A stretch of DNA of 45,231 bases. It comes from Folioceros fuciformis. Its lineage: Eukaryota. This document shows, piece by piece, positions 23,811 to 36,650 of this stretch. The DNA is taken from positions 115,637 through 160,867 of the forward strand of contig JBNGIO010006273.1 in assembly GCA_049999805.1 (NCBI GenBank), read 5' to 3'. The position numbers were made by a program, and so were the translations under genes. The notes under the pieces are model-generated. The model was not told the DNA's origin, ran no database searches, and saw only the letters and a program-made list of their open reading frames with translations. Numbering within the stretch: position 1 is the first letter of the stretch; each line of letters begins with the position of its first letter.

Positions 23811-25027
23811 ATGGCGAAACCGATAGTGAAGATACCACCAGTGCAAGAGAGGCCTCCAATAGAGATTCCCGAGCCTGTAACTCCGAAACGCTTCAGCAGT
23901 GGTGGCGCCTCACAATCCCCTCGCAGTACCTTGTTCCTGTATGGATATCCTCTCTCACCGCAGAGCCCAGGGACGCTGAGTCACAGCGGCCAACAAGGAA
24001 CCCCCATGTCACCTCGCGGTTATCCACCTACTGGCCAAGGAATATCTCCTGAGAAGAGACAGTTCCATCAAGCGCAACCGGGAGGCCTTGTCGGTGACGG
24101 CCCTTCGTCGTCAAACATGGGTAAGCCTCAGCTGAGGAGATGTTCAGGTTCCCTTCCGACACTTGGAGAGCGCTTTCTCAACGGTTTCGTGGAGGTTAGT
24201 CACCTGACAAACTTAGGGGCCGGGCAACCCTCCTCAAGCAGCTCCACCAGCTCGTGCTTCTGCAAACTCTCTACACAATTGTCGCCGTCAGCAACCTACG
24301 ATCCATTCCATGAGCAAGCTGCAGCTACAGGTGGAATGCTGAGAAACGCAGTTACCAGTCATCGTGGAAGTTCTTGGTTTGGACCTTCCAGACACTCCAG
24401 TGCTCCCAGCACACCCCGGCCTGAGGGAGTGGACATAATGCTGGCAAAAAAAGAAATTGGAGTGCATTTGCCATGCCCAATCACTTTCCGGGAAGGGGAG
24501 AGTTTGCTCGTCAAATGCAACCAGAGCAAGTGGCTTGTCGGGCAGGTATCCCATCCTCGGAGCAGGACTGATTTTCACTCTGTAGCTGCTGTAGATGGGG
24601 CAGAAGGGCTCTGGCTCAAGAGCGTGGGTGAGTGTAGGTAGCGATGCACAGGTTGCCGCAACATTCTCTGTCTTCCAACTTATCTGGTGCGTCTTGGAAG
24701 GGCACTGAAACATCGTGATGGCAGGTGAAACGCTCATCGGACAGCGGCCTAAAACTGTGGGTAGGATCTGCTCAAACTCTGGTCAACGTACCTCTTCCAC
24801 TGCTCCCAACACATGTCGCAAAACTAGATGCATCAATGCAGCCCAAAGGAACCGTCTCGTCCGAGGCATCGAGCTACAGCTGCTGTTCTTGCTATTCTTC
24901 CTTTGCTTCCACCTCAGGAGAAATGCGGACACAAGTGCAGTGCGTGAGGCCGGCCCATCTTGCCCATCGTAACCTGTACCAGTCCACAACCTCCCAAGCA
25001 ATCTGCGGTGACTTTCCATCGAACTAG
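23811..25027 (+). CDS. Hypothetical Ser/Pro-rich protein, probably two coding exons (23811 to ~24623, 24725-25027)
   Basis: 276-codon ATG ORF with good start context (ACCATGG) and many SP motifs. Donor-like GTGGGTGAGT at ~24624 and acceptor GGCAG at 24720-24724 lead into a 100-codon frame. No family recognised. Confidence 0.45.
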
Positions 25028-25848
25028 TAAGGAATGCAGCAGATGACGAAGATGGACAAGCATGCGACCTGTAACTTGGCGCAAGCAACGTCATCCACTG
25101 GTCCACTGGATAGCATCTCAAGCAATCTACTCGCATCTAACGAGAATCGTCGACGCCGAGAACTGACACTGGCTGGCCGATCCGACGTCTTCCACGATCC
25201 GAAGATATGCGGGCCTATGACAACTGTGAGGGGAACAGCCTTCTGGTCCGGCTATGCTCAAGGTGAGACATCAGGGCAAATCGCCACCCGTCGGGACAGC
25301 CTTTCGAGCTATCCGACCTTAAGCAACTTCGGAAATCTTGCCACTCGGCGAAAGCTAAGTATTCCTTGGCAGAGTGACGACCAGAGTGCTGAGCATAGAC
25401 TTGTACTGGTCTCGGGAGACTGAGGGCTCCGTAGCCTCCACTGTCTTGGTCATCGCTCTGACATTGACGAATGGTTTTTGGTTAACAGACGCCACACTAA
25501 CGTCCAACGCGCTTTCAACCATTCCTTGCACGGGGGCCTTACCAAAGATGACAGGTGTCATTGGTCTTGCTAAATAAATTGTCGGGTCGGCATCCCAAGT
25601 ATGTAATACTCAGCATCCAGCAGGTACTGTATGTGATACTTGCATCCAGGTATACCACTGTCTGTCCTCCTCCACCTCTTCTGGCAAGAAAAGGCAGCAA
25701 CAGCATCAGTCAGGCCAAGGAGTTGGAACACAGACAGTAACAAGCAGCAGATGCGAGGAGCAAGCGGAGTCACCCTTTCTCGACAGTTGGCTTCGGGTAA
25801 GGTCACAGCCTCGATGTACAGATAGCTCGGCACGCAGGCTCAGACCTC

Positions 25849-28800
25849 TCAGGACAGAACGGCCATGGAGCGTTGAAGAACGCCACAATCCCTATGCTCC
25901 TTGCACACCCAGGCCACCTGGGGCTCTCCCTCAGAGTACCTGACCTTGTAAAGGTTGAAAAGTTGCCCGATGTTCTTCCCTCTGAGGAACTCCTCCAACC
26001 ACATCCCGGCATCTTGCAACTGGCACCCATCGCAATCCAGCCTCAAGTCCTCCATCACGGCCTCCAACGACAGGGCACCGGCAGTGAGCGGCAAGGCAGC
26101 CCCGAGCTCGGAGAAGTTAGGGATGGCATTCCCAATCCCGGCCGCCACATGAGCCCCGACCTTCACCAGAAGGTTCAGCAGCTTCAAGCCGTTGAGCAAC
26201 AGGGGACGCAGCCGCCGGGCCTTCGCGTCCTCCCACAGGAGCTCGAGGCCGTGCTGGTTAGGGATCCCGTGCGGAGCGCCTCCCCGGTGTTCGCACATGA
26301 GATGCAGGCGCACGGGCACCACCTCCCCCGGCCGCATCATTGCCAGCAGCTTCCGGGTGTTGCTCACGTCGTTGGTGGTGAAGTACACCAGCCGGGGCAC
26401 AGTCCTCTCCTGCAGCTGCGTGGAGAAGTTCATGAGCCGGTCCATCTTGCAGCTCAGCTCCCGCAGCGTCTCTTGCTGCAGCATCTGGATTTTGTCAATC
26501 TGCGGCCGCAGCGCAGCCAGGATACCATTCGTCAGCTCCTCCATGGTGTTCTCCATCCTGCTCAGAGCCTTCATCAGCCGTTCCTCCAGATCGTCGATGC
26601 GCGACAAGAGCATGTCATTGCCCCCGTTATTGCCCGACGGGCTGCGCGGCTTCGGATACTCCCTCGCATACTTCGGCTCGGAAAACTTGTGAGGCTTGCG
26701 AAGCTCCTCCCTGCTGGGCATCTTCAGCCTCTCGGCCACTTCCTCCAGATCGGTGTACTGCCGATCCAGGTAATTCTTCACATCCCTGGCCCCGAGCAGC
26801 GCCACTACGCTGTCGCAGCTAGACGGAAGATTCCCCTCCGCCGCCCTGGGCCACGTAAACATGTGGTCCAGCTTGGCAGCCGATCGCCATTCCTGCTTCA
26901 GCTCCTCCACTCTCACAGCCTGTTCCTTCCTGTGCACACACAGCGTCAGCTGCTGAACGCATTCAGGCCTCAGAATGCCCTCTACAAGGGCAACACCTTG
27001 GCAGCCCTTGTGGGAGGCACAGAAGGAGCGGATTTTCTCCACTACGTTCATGCGGATGAAGTCCATGGTCTCAATGTGACTCTTGGAGGATCTCACCAGC
27101 ACATCCACATAGTACCCGATGTCCCCGCTGCACTCAATCAGGATCTCCATCCCGCTGATGCATATGCATATCAGGTTCCTCTCCAGGGTGTAGTCCATGC
27201 TCATGCCCATCCTCAGAAACTCGTTGTACAGGATGACCTGCATGATTTTGCCCACGGCTGTCAGAAGAATGAGGAAACCAGACAAGGAACAAGATGGAGT
27301 GGGGCCGAATGAAGGACTGACCTGGAATCTAGGGAAGAAGCCTGGAGTGAGAAATGTTTTGACACGATCTCCGCATTCAAGCCTGCGGCCCAGGTAAGTA
27401 CAGTTGGTTTCGCGAGAGGAGTCCTTCATGGGCCATACCAACTGCCTTCTGCCGTTCAAGGCCCGCTTGCCCTGGTCATCCAGAGACGTTGGCACGAAGA
27501 AGCCGGCATCTGGATTGCCAGGTTCCTTTTCGTAGCATAGCTCCAGCTTGAGCATGAGCTGGACAAGATCGTCCGTGCTGATGCCAACGAGCTTCTTGCC
27601 CGAGTCCCTGCTTAAGGAACGCTGTAGAACCCTCTTCAAGGTTTTCAAGCTGGTGAAACCGTTGATATCAGAAGGCATTGCCTGGAAGGAGCCGAAGTTG
27701 ATGAGGTGCCCAAGCACCCGATGCCCGAACCAGTGTGGGTTCACAACGATGAAGTCCAGGTTCTCGAAGTAGATGATGTCACCCACATTGTGAAGATAGG
27801 ATGCAACGGCCCGCCGCCTGCCTTCTACAGTTTCTCGGACTGGTTTGGGTGTTCTGCGGCCCATGGACTTCAGGCTCAGCAGGGAGCGGCTGAGGTTGTT
27901 GAAGTCGCTGAACTTCATAGTGGGCTGAGATGGGTTGTCGGCAATCCACTTCGCCAAGATGACCCTCATTTTGTCACACTCTTCGGGCACCGTGGGCAGC
28001 TTCCGCGTCAGGAGATCACGGAAGCTGTCCAGGACCGTTTCCACAAGAGGGTGCACGCTTTCGAAGGAGCGGGCATTGACTGCTTGGATCTCACAGCAAA
28101 TGTGGACGATCTTGTCGAATCTGGAGCGGAGATGTTCTACAAGCTCTGCTGCCCAGGCTACCAGATCAGCTCGTCTACCACCCACTTTATCCAAGTTGCT
28201 CAGCACCACAAGGACGCAAGGCAGAACTGTTGCCGGTCGCCTTGTGTTGGAGGCTATGAAGCGGAGCCAGTACATGAACTCCTCCTCCAGCTGGAGAAGT
28301 GACTTCCTTCTCCCTGTCTCTGGATCCGCGCAGTTGAAGACGAAGAGGAAGACGCAGGCATTGGTGGTGTCAGGGAACATGTAGTCATGGAGAGCATGGA
28401 ACTCTTCCTGCCCAGCCAAATCCCACATCGAGATCCGCATGTCGACATCGTCTTTGAGAAGGTGGATCTCAAGACCTCTTGTCCTCTTGGTGGCATCTCT
28501 CCCGTTGATGCATGCGTGCAGCTTTGGTTGTCTTGACATAAATTCCTGGCTGGTGTACACCAGCCCTGTTATGCAGGACTTCTTCTCCAATGCTCGCAAG
28601 CTTCGGAGCATGGACTTCTTCAAGGTTGTCTTGCCAGCATAAGGAAATCCAATGAGGAAAAGGCGTGCAGATTTGGGGCTCACTTGCCGCATCTCCTTCA
28701 GGACATTCACATACTCTTCAGCGTTCCTTCTTAGCTGCTCTTCCACTGCCGGCACCTTCCCCTCTCGCTCCAAAGGGGTGTTCCCCAAGTCGATCTTCTT

Positions 28801-30279
28801 GAGGGAGGTGTTCACTTCCAGGAGCTCCATCAGGGATTTGTAGATGACTTCACCTGCAAAGGACTCACAGTCACATAGGTTGAGGCGCTCGAGAGTGGTA
28901 TTATCTTCTAGGCTCTTCAAAATTGTCTGCCACTCCTGTATGGTGAAGTAGCTGTAGTTGAGACCTAGCATGGACAGAGATGTGTTGCGTCGCAGCATTT
29001 CAGCTATGGTATGATCGTAACCTGGGTTGTCCTCCTCAACCAGACTGCTGTGTCGGCGTCCAGTAAAGTGCAACCACTTGAGAGTATGATTCCCTCTCAA
29101 GTGGCGGCTCTCGCCATGACTGCTCCCACCATGGCTGCTGTGGTCGTTGGAGCCATGGCTGGAGAGAGAGCCTTGCACCGACCCCGACGCGATGCTGTTG
29201 AGGGACAGAGAAAGAGCATGGTTGCTACTCTGGATGAGAATACTAGGCCGTATAGGTGTAATGACAGGACCCATTACATCAACGCTACTACTGCCATCCA
29301 TGCCCTCATGCACCAGAGGGGTAAGTAGCAGTTCAAGCCCACCCGTATCCAGGTAATCCTCCCAACCAATGTAGAGCTCCTCCAGCATTTTGTTCTCCTT
29401 CAAAGCTTCCGCAATGTACCCTGCACCTGCCGCCCCAATTCCGGTGCCTGTCATGCTCAGAAACCTCAGCGACCCAGTAGCAAGGACGTCAGCAATGTGT
29501 TTGGCCCCTTCATCACCAACCGTATCCTCCACAAGCAGCGAATCCAGCGCTGAACAACTGTTAGCCTTCAATGCACCCGCGATACAACCCACCCCTTCAG
29601 GACCCAACCCAATACCCCGAACATCCAGCTTCTTCAAACTGATATTGGTCTGCAACATGGTAGCCAAGTGTTGCGCCCCTTTATCCCCCAGCTTCCAATT
29701 CCCACACAAATGCAGCAGCTCCAAAGCGGAGTGCGCATTGGACTGCAGGCCCCTGGCAATGACCTTCATCCCAGGCGGCTTCAGGCCCGTGTTCTGCATG
29801 TACAGGGCCTTCAGGGTGCAGTTGGTCTGCAGCATAATCCCAATATGATGGCAGGAGGGCTTGGACCCGACCACCCAGTTGTAGCTTATGTCCAGAGATT
29901 TCAGCACATTGTTGAAGCGGAGGCCCTTGCAGAGCTGCTCCACTTCTGCGGGCTTCTTGAGCTTCATGTCCGATACATTGAGGTGGGTAAGGGAGCTGCT
30001 CTGCCCCAGCAGCCGCAGCATGCGGAGCTTGAGCCTGGGCCCTCCTCTCGCCCCCCCGGCCTCTCTCTTCTTGTCGTCGAAGCAGTCCTCGTACTCTTTC
30101 AGCACCACAGTCTGAAGGGAGGAAGGGGTGGCCAGGAGCTGCTTCACCAGCTGCTGCAGCCTGGGGGGCAGCCCAGCCATTTCCTCCTCCAAACCCGAGG
30201 ACGCCGTGGAAGCAGTGGAAGACATGGAATTCAGTGTGACATCCATGCTGGCGGTGCTGGAGGTGTCCGAGTCTTCCAT
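25849..30279 (-). CDS. TORNADO1-like LRR-Roc-COR (ROCO) protein, two coding exons (30279-27322, 27237-25849)
   Basis: RI-like LRRs, P-loop GFPYAGKTTL, G3 WDLAGQEEFHALHD, TRN1-family motifs YWLRFIASN, YLGRRLEC, PGFFPRFQ|V, LHLMCEHR, VAWVC. 84-nt GT-AG intron at 27321-27238. First ATG at 30279. Confidence 0.9.
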   Translation of the reverse strand: MEDSDTSSTASMDVTLNSMSSTASTASSGLEEEMAGLPPRLQQLVKQLLATPSSLQTVVLKEYEDCFDDKKREAGGARGGPRLKLRMLRLLGQSSSLTHLNVSDMKLKKPAEVEQLCKGLRFNNVLKSLDISYNWVVGSKPSCHHIGIMLQTNCTLKALYMQNTGLKPPGMKVIARGLQSNAHSALELLHLCGNWKLGDKGAQHLATMLQTNISLKKLDVRGIGLGPEGVGCIAGALKANSCSALDSLLVEDTVGDEGAKHIADVLATGSLRFLSMTGTGIGAAGAGYIAEALKENKMLEELYIGWEDYLDTGGLELLLTPLVHEGMDGSSSVDVMGPVITPIRPSILIQSSNHALSLSLNSIASGSVQGSLSSHGSNDHSSHGGSSHGESRHLRGNHTLKWLHFTGRRHSSLVEEDNPGYDHTIAEMLRRNTSLSMLGLNYSYFTIQEWQTILKSLEDNTTLERLNLCDCESFAGEVIYKSLMELLEVNTSLKKIDLGNTPLEREGKVPAVEEQLRRNAEEYVNVLKEMRQVSPKSARLFLIGFPYAGKTTLKKSMLRSLRALEKKSCITGLVYTSQEFMSRQPKLHACINGRDATKRTRGLEIHLLKDDVDMRISMWDLAGQEEFHALHDYMFPDTTNACVFLFVFNCADPETGRRKSLLQLEEEFMYWLRFIASNTRRPATVLPCVLVVLSNLDKVGGRRADLVAWAAELVEHLRSRFDKIVHICCEIQAVNARSFESVHPLVETVLDSFRDLLTRKLPTVPEECDKMRVILAKWIADNPSQPTMKFSDFNNLSRSLLSLKSMGRRTPKPVRETVEGRRRAVASYLHNVGDIIYFENLDFIVVNPHWFGHRVLGHLINFGSFQAMPSDINGFTSLKTLKRVLQRSLSRDSGKKLVGISTDDLVQLMLKLELCYEKEPGNPDAGFFVPTSLDDQGKRALNGRRQLVWPMKDSSRETNCTYLGRRLECGDRVKTFLTPGFFPRFQVSPSFGPTPSCSLSGFLILLTAVGKIMQVILYNEFLRMGMSMDYTLERNLICICISGMEILIECSGDIGYYVDVLVRSSKSHIETMDFIRMNVVEKIRSFCASHKGCQGVALVEGILRPECVQQLTLCVHRKEQAVRVEELKQEWRSAAKLDHMFTWPRAAEGNLPSSCDSVVALLGARDVKNYLDRQYTDLEEVAERLKMPSREELRKPHKFSEPKYAREYPKPRSPSGNNGGNDMLLSRIDDLEERLMKALSRMENTMEELTNGILAALRPQIDKIQMLQQETLRELSCKMDRLMNFSTQLQERTVPRLVYFTTNDVSNTRKLLAMMRPGEVVPVRLHLMCEHRGGAPHGIPNQHGLELLWEDAKARRLRPLLLNGLKLLNLLVKVGAHVAAGIGNAIPNFSELGAALPLTAGALSLEAVMEDLRLDCDGCQLQDAGMWLEEFLRGKNIGQLFNLYKVRYSEGEPQVAWVCKEHRDCGVLQRSMAVLS

Positions 30280-31497
30280 TCTGCCACCACCCACCTGGCC
30301 CCCTCCAACCAATTCCCTCACCACAAGCCCTTCCAACCACAGCAACGTTCCGGAGCAAGGAGACTAAAAGCCAGCGAAGGCCATGCCCCGAGCGCAGGAG
30401 AAACTGAGACCAAGGAAATGACCTGGAGCACAGAGACCAGAAACTCCAGGCGGCAGATCGAATCGACCTTTGCTGCTGTGTACCTCCGATAGGAAGTTCC
30501 CACCGTCATCAGGACGCCTCTTGCCTGATGGGACTGAGAAAGAGGCATCGAAAGAGACAGGAGGAAACGTCTCAGAAGCCTCCGTCGTACGGCCGAATCT
30601 GAATACGTACATGTATTTGTTTATGTCTAGGTTAGTGTCCACTAGACACGGCCCTCGCGTCGACCAGGTGTGTCTGGCAGTCATCGAATTTGGCTACGGT
30701 CAAAGCCCGCTCAGGTCATCAGTTCACCACCCAAAACACATGTGATGCAACATTTTCTGTACATTTTAGCGTCTCGATAATTCTGAGAACGCGCTTTCTG
30801 CCCAGTCGTATGCAGCAAAGTGTTAAACCCAGGTCAGTGGACGAATCTAGTGGTAGCCCACAGAGCAGGAGGGAGTCTTTTGTGTGCCGACAGAGAAGGC
30901 AAGGTAGTCAAGGGGAAAATATCCAATGCCATCTCTAACAAATCCAAAAGCTTGAGGCAAGGGGCACGTGGAGTAGTATGTACTTCTGCAGCACCGACCC
31001 CGAGAATGCACCTTCCCATGAAAATCCCAATCACTATTTAGACGAGGTGAATTACTTGATTTCTGCTTAGCTTACCAGTACAGGGCACGGACCTGGAGCG
31101 ATGTAACTTCCCCAGAGTCTGGTGACAAGGAATCGAATACATAGGACGTCCGGAGCGAATTGTACTCCACAAGCCTGAACTTGGAACGCTGCAAGGGCTT
31201 CTGTTGTATGCATGCCAACAAACCACGAAGATCATGGATAAAGTAGGTTGTCAATCCCGTCTTAAAGAGCGGGGGAGATGGGGCTTCTGAGCACGTGGCG
31301 CATCTTGATACACTGCCCAAGCCCCCCCCTCGGGCCCTCCCTTAACGAAACCAGCATTACCCCGGCTGACAGTTCCTGTTGCTTGCAACTGGTCTTTTAC
31401 ACTTTTCGAAGCTGGCGATGTGTGGGCAATGTCTTAAAGTGCAACCCGAGAGTGAGGTTGGCTGTCCGCAGACTGTAAGTAACGGGTCTTCGTGGGT

Positions 31498-32998
31498 CTA
31501 GGCGTGTGCTGTTGTCGGTTGAGAAGTCATCTCAAGAAGAGTTTCCTTCACTTGCTCTACCCGAATCAAATCCTTGTCCTTAATCTGCACAAGAGAACCA
31601 CCAGAACCAACTAATTTCATCATGCTTCTGCCTCCATAATGAAGCTGTGAAAAGAGAGAGAGCAAGGGAACGGGATGGAGGGAGAAACGACAACCTCTGC
31701 ATTAAAGACATTGAGAACAAGGCCACGAAATGTGGTGATATTGGCGTGCAGAATATCTAGTCCCAAAACCTCCAGAGCTTGCATCAGCTTCACAAAAACA
31801 CCTGGACGCTTTTCGCAAAACACTCTTAGAGTGAAGGTCTGCCCGTCGAGCTTGCTCACTTCGACCTGCACAGGATAGAAGTATCACTCAGCCGGGTGAT
31901 CCGGAAATCGACCGCAAGACCCCTAGTGGTACAGCCCTACACGGTTCTCCGTCCAAAGGAAGGGGTATGCCCACCTGCATTGGCTGGGTCAGGTCATCAG
32001 CGTGTCTCTCATGCTTGTCTCCAGCCGCTGCATCTGCCCCTCCCGCTACTGCAAGCCTTGAATCCTCCGGGCGTGCAGCATTAGCATTGCCCTCCTTGGG
32101 CCCCTGGCAGCCACCATCTTGCAGGGACAAGAGCACACTTCCCGGGTGAAACTCGTCATCCTTCACCTCAAGGAGCTCGTCCTGCAGAGACTTCACTTGC
32201 TGCTGCAGCTCCTTCACATACTCAATAGCATCACCCAGAATGGAAGCCCTGTCCATCTGCAAAATTCAGCATTCCCTTGTCAGCCCACCGGCCACCAACA
32301 CCCACATGACCCTGGACATTTCATTCCACCCCACCACCCACCTTGGTAATCTTGGGCACAAGCGCACGCAGAGAATACAGCCGCTCATTCAACTTCTTCC
32401 TCCGCTTCCTTTCCGCCACAAGATTCTTAGACAAGTGCCTGCGGCCGGACCGGGACACGCCCTTGTCATCATCGTCCTCCATGGGGTCACTGCAATCTGA
32501 GGAATCAGCACGCATCTCCTGCTTCACCTCCCGGTCCCTTTCCCTGTCCCGGTCCCTGTCCGAATTCTCCTTCGACAAGCCGCTCCCGTGCGGCGACTCC
32601 GCTAGGTAGGATGCTGCGTGGATGGGAGCGTGCGGGTTGATGAGGTCCTGCAGATTATGCTCCAGCGGCCCACCCTTATCGCCCACGTCGTAGTGATCCT
32701 GACCGCCCATCTTGCCTGAGTCCAGGAACCCAAGCTGGCCCTGGGCGAGCTGCATGTGTCCCTGGGAATCCGACAGCGCCCCGTCCTGCTCCCAGGGCGC
32801 CCAGTGCGAGGCCTCGGCGGCGTCCGCGGCGTGAAGATTCCTGGCACCTCCCAGCTCCCCGCCGCCACCGGCGCCGGCCCCCGAGCTCCCGGAGTAGTAG
32901 AGCTTCACGGACTGCTGGTCCAGCATCTTCTGCAGCATGTGGAGCTCCCTGCCCGACCCCGAGAGGGAGGGATCCATGCGCTGGCCCGCCCTGTACAT
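31498..32998 (-). CDS. bHLH transcription factor, group III, AMS-like, with C-terminal ACT-like domain; 4 exons
   Basis: Exons 32998-32342, 32256-31975, 31865-31695 and 31584-31498, all [61 protein letters not shown] motif, and [22 protein letters not shown]. The start codon is uncertain. Confidence 0.9.
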
Positions 32999-34303
32999 GC
33001 GCGACAATGGCAGGAGAGCGGGAGGGTCAGGGATGCTCGGGGAGCTGGAGATGGAGCAACAGGCCCCGCCTGCGGAGGAAAAAGGGTGCTCCGGGAGGTA
33101 CCTGCATCGAACCGCAGCAACAGCAGGCCATGCAGAGAAGTGGAGATGGAGAGGGAGGAGGAAGCGGCCGTACGAACAGGGCTGGCACATGGGCAGGAAA
33201 GGAGGAGACGGCACCCATGGCCTGGCAGTGCTGCGCCGTACCTACCAGGCCCCCGCCAGCGAGGGCTGTCGCAACCAGGAGGTCCGTGCTACGACTCATC
33301 ACCTCTCCGAGTCATACCCAAAGTGTGGCAAGTACGCGCTCCATTGCGAAGCAGACGCTCCGCCAAACCTACCCCTCCTCAAGCGTGTTAGGGCCTGTGA
33401 CTGCCCCCAGCACGCGATTTCCATAGCTTCAAGATGCCACCCTCCACCTGCCAACACATCGCTGTTGCCCTCATCTACACCGTCGTCGCGCCAAGACTGG
33501 TGACTCTACAACTGGACATCTTGCTCTTGACCGAAGCGTCGTCCACCTGTCCTTGTCTTCCTCGTTACACCTCTTCCACTGGGAGGGGTAGAAAAAAGAA
33601 AGAAAAAAACGAGAGGTGTGAAGAGCACGAAAGGTTAGCCTTAAATCCCAGGCTCGGTTGCCTCTTTGAAATGACAGTCGTAAGTCTTGTGTAGGCTTGC
33701 TCCTGTAGACCAGTGCCAGTACTGGATGCAAGCAAGGGACTGGGTGTCTACCATTCCAGAATTTTGAGGCCACAGGAAGCTCATGTGGAGGAATACAAAC
33801 AGGTGGCATTCGCCCTTCCTGATGCGGAAATCGTCGACCTATTCACGGCAATCCAAGCAAATCACGCGTGGGAGAGCACCGGCCTCAAGCGTGAAGAATT
33901 CACGCACAGCTGCTACCGAAACAGCGGGTGTCGCTTGGCAGCGCATGTGTGCCTGATTGCTGATGGAAGCTGCCGTGGCTGAGGAGCCGATCAAGGTCTC
34001 GAAGAAGGCTTCCTGGGAAGCCAGTCTGCATTGGAAGCGGATGCCACTACAGATCCAAGGTGGCCAAATCGCAACAGACGAGGATGCAGTCAGAGGGGAA
34101 TTGTTCAATTACCAAGCCCAAATTACAATTATTCATGATCTACACTAAACTACAATGAATCGACCAGGCTTTATCAAAACCTTAAAGAAGTGAGCTGGGT
34201 AGGTAGTTGTTGACTCTGCGTGCCGTGAATAACCCCCACCCTTTCGCGACATCTTCAGTGCAATTCAAGTTGGTTTTCCAGTGCTTGTGTGAACTAGATT
34301 TGC

Positions 34304-35513
<1,210 letters not shown>

Positions 35514-36275
35514 TCAACAATTTGCAAGCATGGAGTTGTGGAATCCCAGGTCACCTAGCGCCTTCGGGCCTCCCGTTAATAGACCTTCTCACCAAAGGCC
35601 GAGCTTCTTTAAGATCCCGTTTTCCTTCCCTTCACCACAAGCGAACAACCTTCCAGTGTGAAGTGGAAGCTCGTAAGATTTAAAAAAACTTCACATAAAT
35701 ATGAGAAATGCGGTAATAACCAGGGAATCATGGACTACAAGTATGCCCGTAAAGAATCTGGCCTCATACATACCGTACCCTATTTTATTTTATTGTATCA
35801 ATTTATAATTGTTTAATATTAAATCTGAAAGTATATAATATGGCTTAGGATTGTCGATGTTCATTGTAGCTATGACCTTTCTCATCATTCCTCTATTTAC
35901 TTGCCCTCATTTATATTTATATAGTTCATATTTCAGATTATTCCTTAATAATAACTATATAAGGTATAATATGACTTACATGGTTTCCATATATTACTAG
36001 TTTTCTTTTGCCCTACCATCTTTATGGATTTTTTTTTTCTTTTTTGAAGTAGATCCGTTTTTCCCATATCGTTTTTCAACAATAACGCATTTCTTTTGTC
36101 CTTAGTCATTTGCGGTAGTGGCATAGATGGCCGCCCTCTTAGCAACATGGGGAGGAAGAGTGAATGGCCGCTAGCCGTATTAATAGTAATAACTCGCCTC
36201 CGAGGGCTAGACGACAGCAGTGGTCTTATCGCGGATAGAGCTCGCCCTAACCAAGCTAAACAATGAGGCAAACTT

Positions 36276-36400
36276 GTTACACGATACCAATTCTAACACT
36301 TTAAAATCTGTTCAATGAAACCAATTCTAACACTTTAAAATTTCTTACATGAAACCAATTCTAACACGTTAAAATCTGTTACATGAAACCAATTCTAACA
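36276..36400. repeat. 34-bp AT-rich tandem repeat, about 3.6 copies
   Basis: CCAATTCTAACA starts at 36287, 36321, 36355 and 36389. Confidence 0.9.
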
Positions 36401-36650
36401 TCTAACACAAACGAGGGGCTCAGCTTTTGATCCATCCCCGCTACAAACACAGTAAGGAATGTTACATGGCAAGGGTTCTTTTATTACATGTAAATGTCAC
36501 ACACGTTTGAACTTAGTGGCTTGAACTTGTACGTACGCACAATTGTGCAATCATGGGCGCAAACTTTCAATGACATGTGTGCAATACTATTATAACATTG
36601 CAATCACGAAAAACGGTACGTTTGTCTAGCTACTAACTAGGCTACCAACT

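Noticed and set aside
25873-27312. 479-aa plus-strand ORF, and similar ones at 29668-30492 and 32756-33391
   Set aside because: Antisense shadows of GC3-rich real genes, with no domain-like content.
30965-31297. Two G-boxes (CACGTG) upstream of the TRN1-like gene, next to a bHLH gene
   Set aside because: Hexamers occur by chance, and there is no evidence of a regulatory link.
33217-33982. Possible small plus-strand gene (MAWQCCAVP... and ...EEYKQVAFALPDAEIVDLF...)
   Set aside because: The fragments look protein-like, but I could not build a consistent spliced ORF or recognise a family. RNA-seq is needed.
36276-36400. CRISPR-like periodic repeat
   Set aside because: The sequences between the conserved cores are themselves near-identical, so this is a minisatellite. 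The context is eukaryotic and there are no cas genes.
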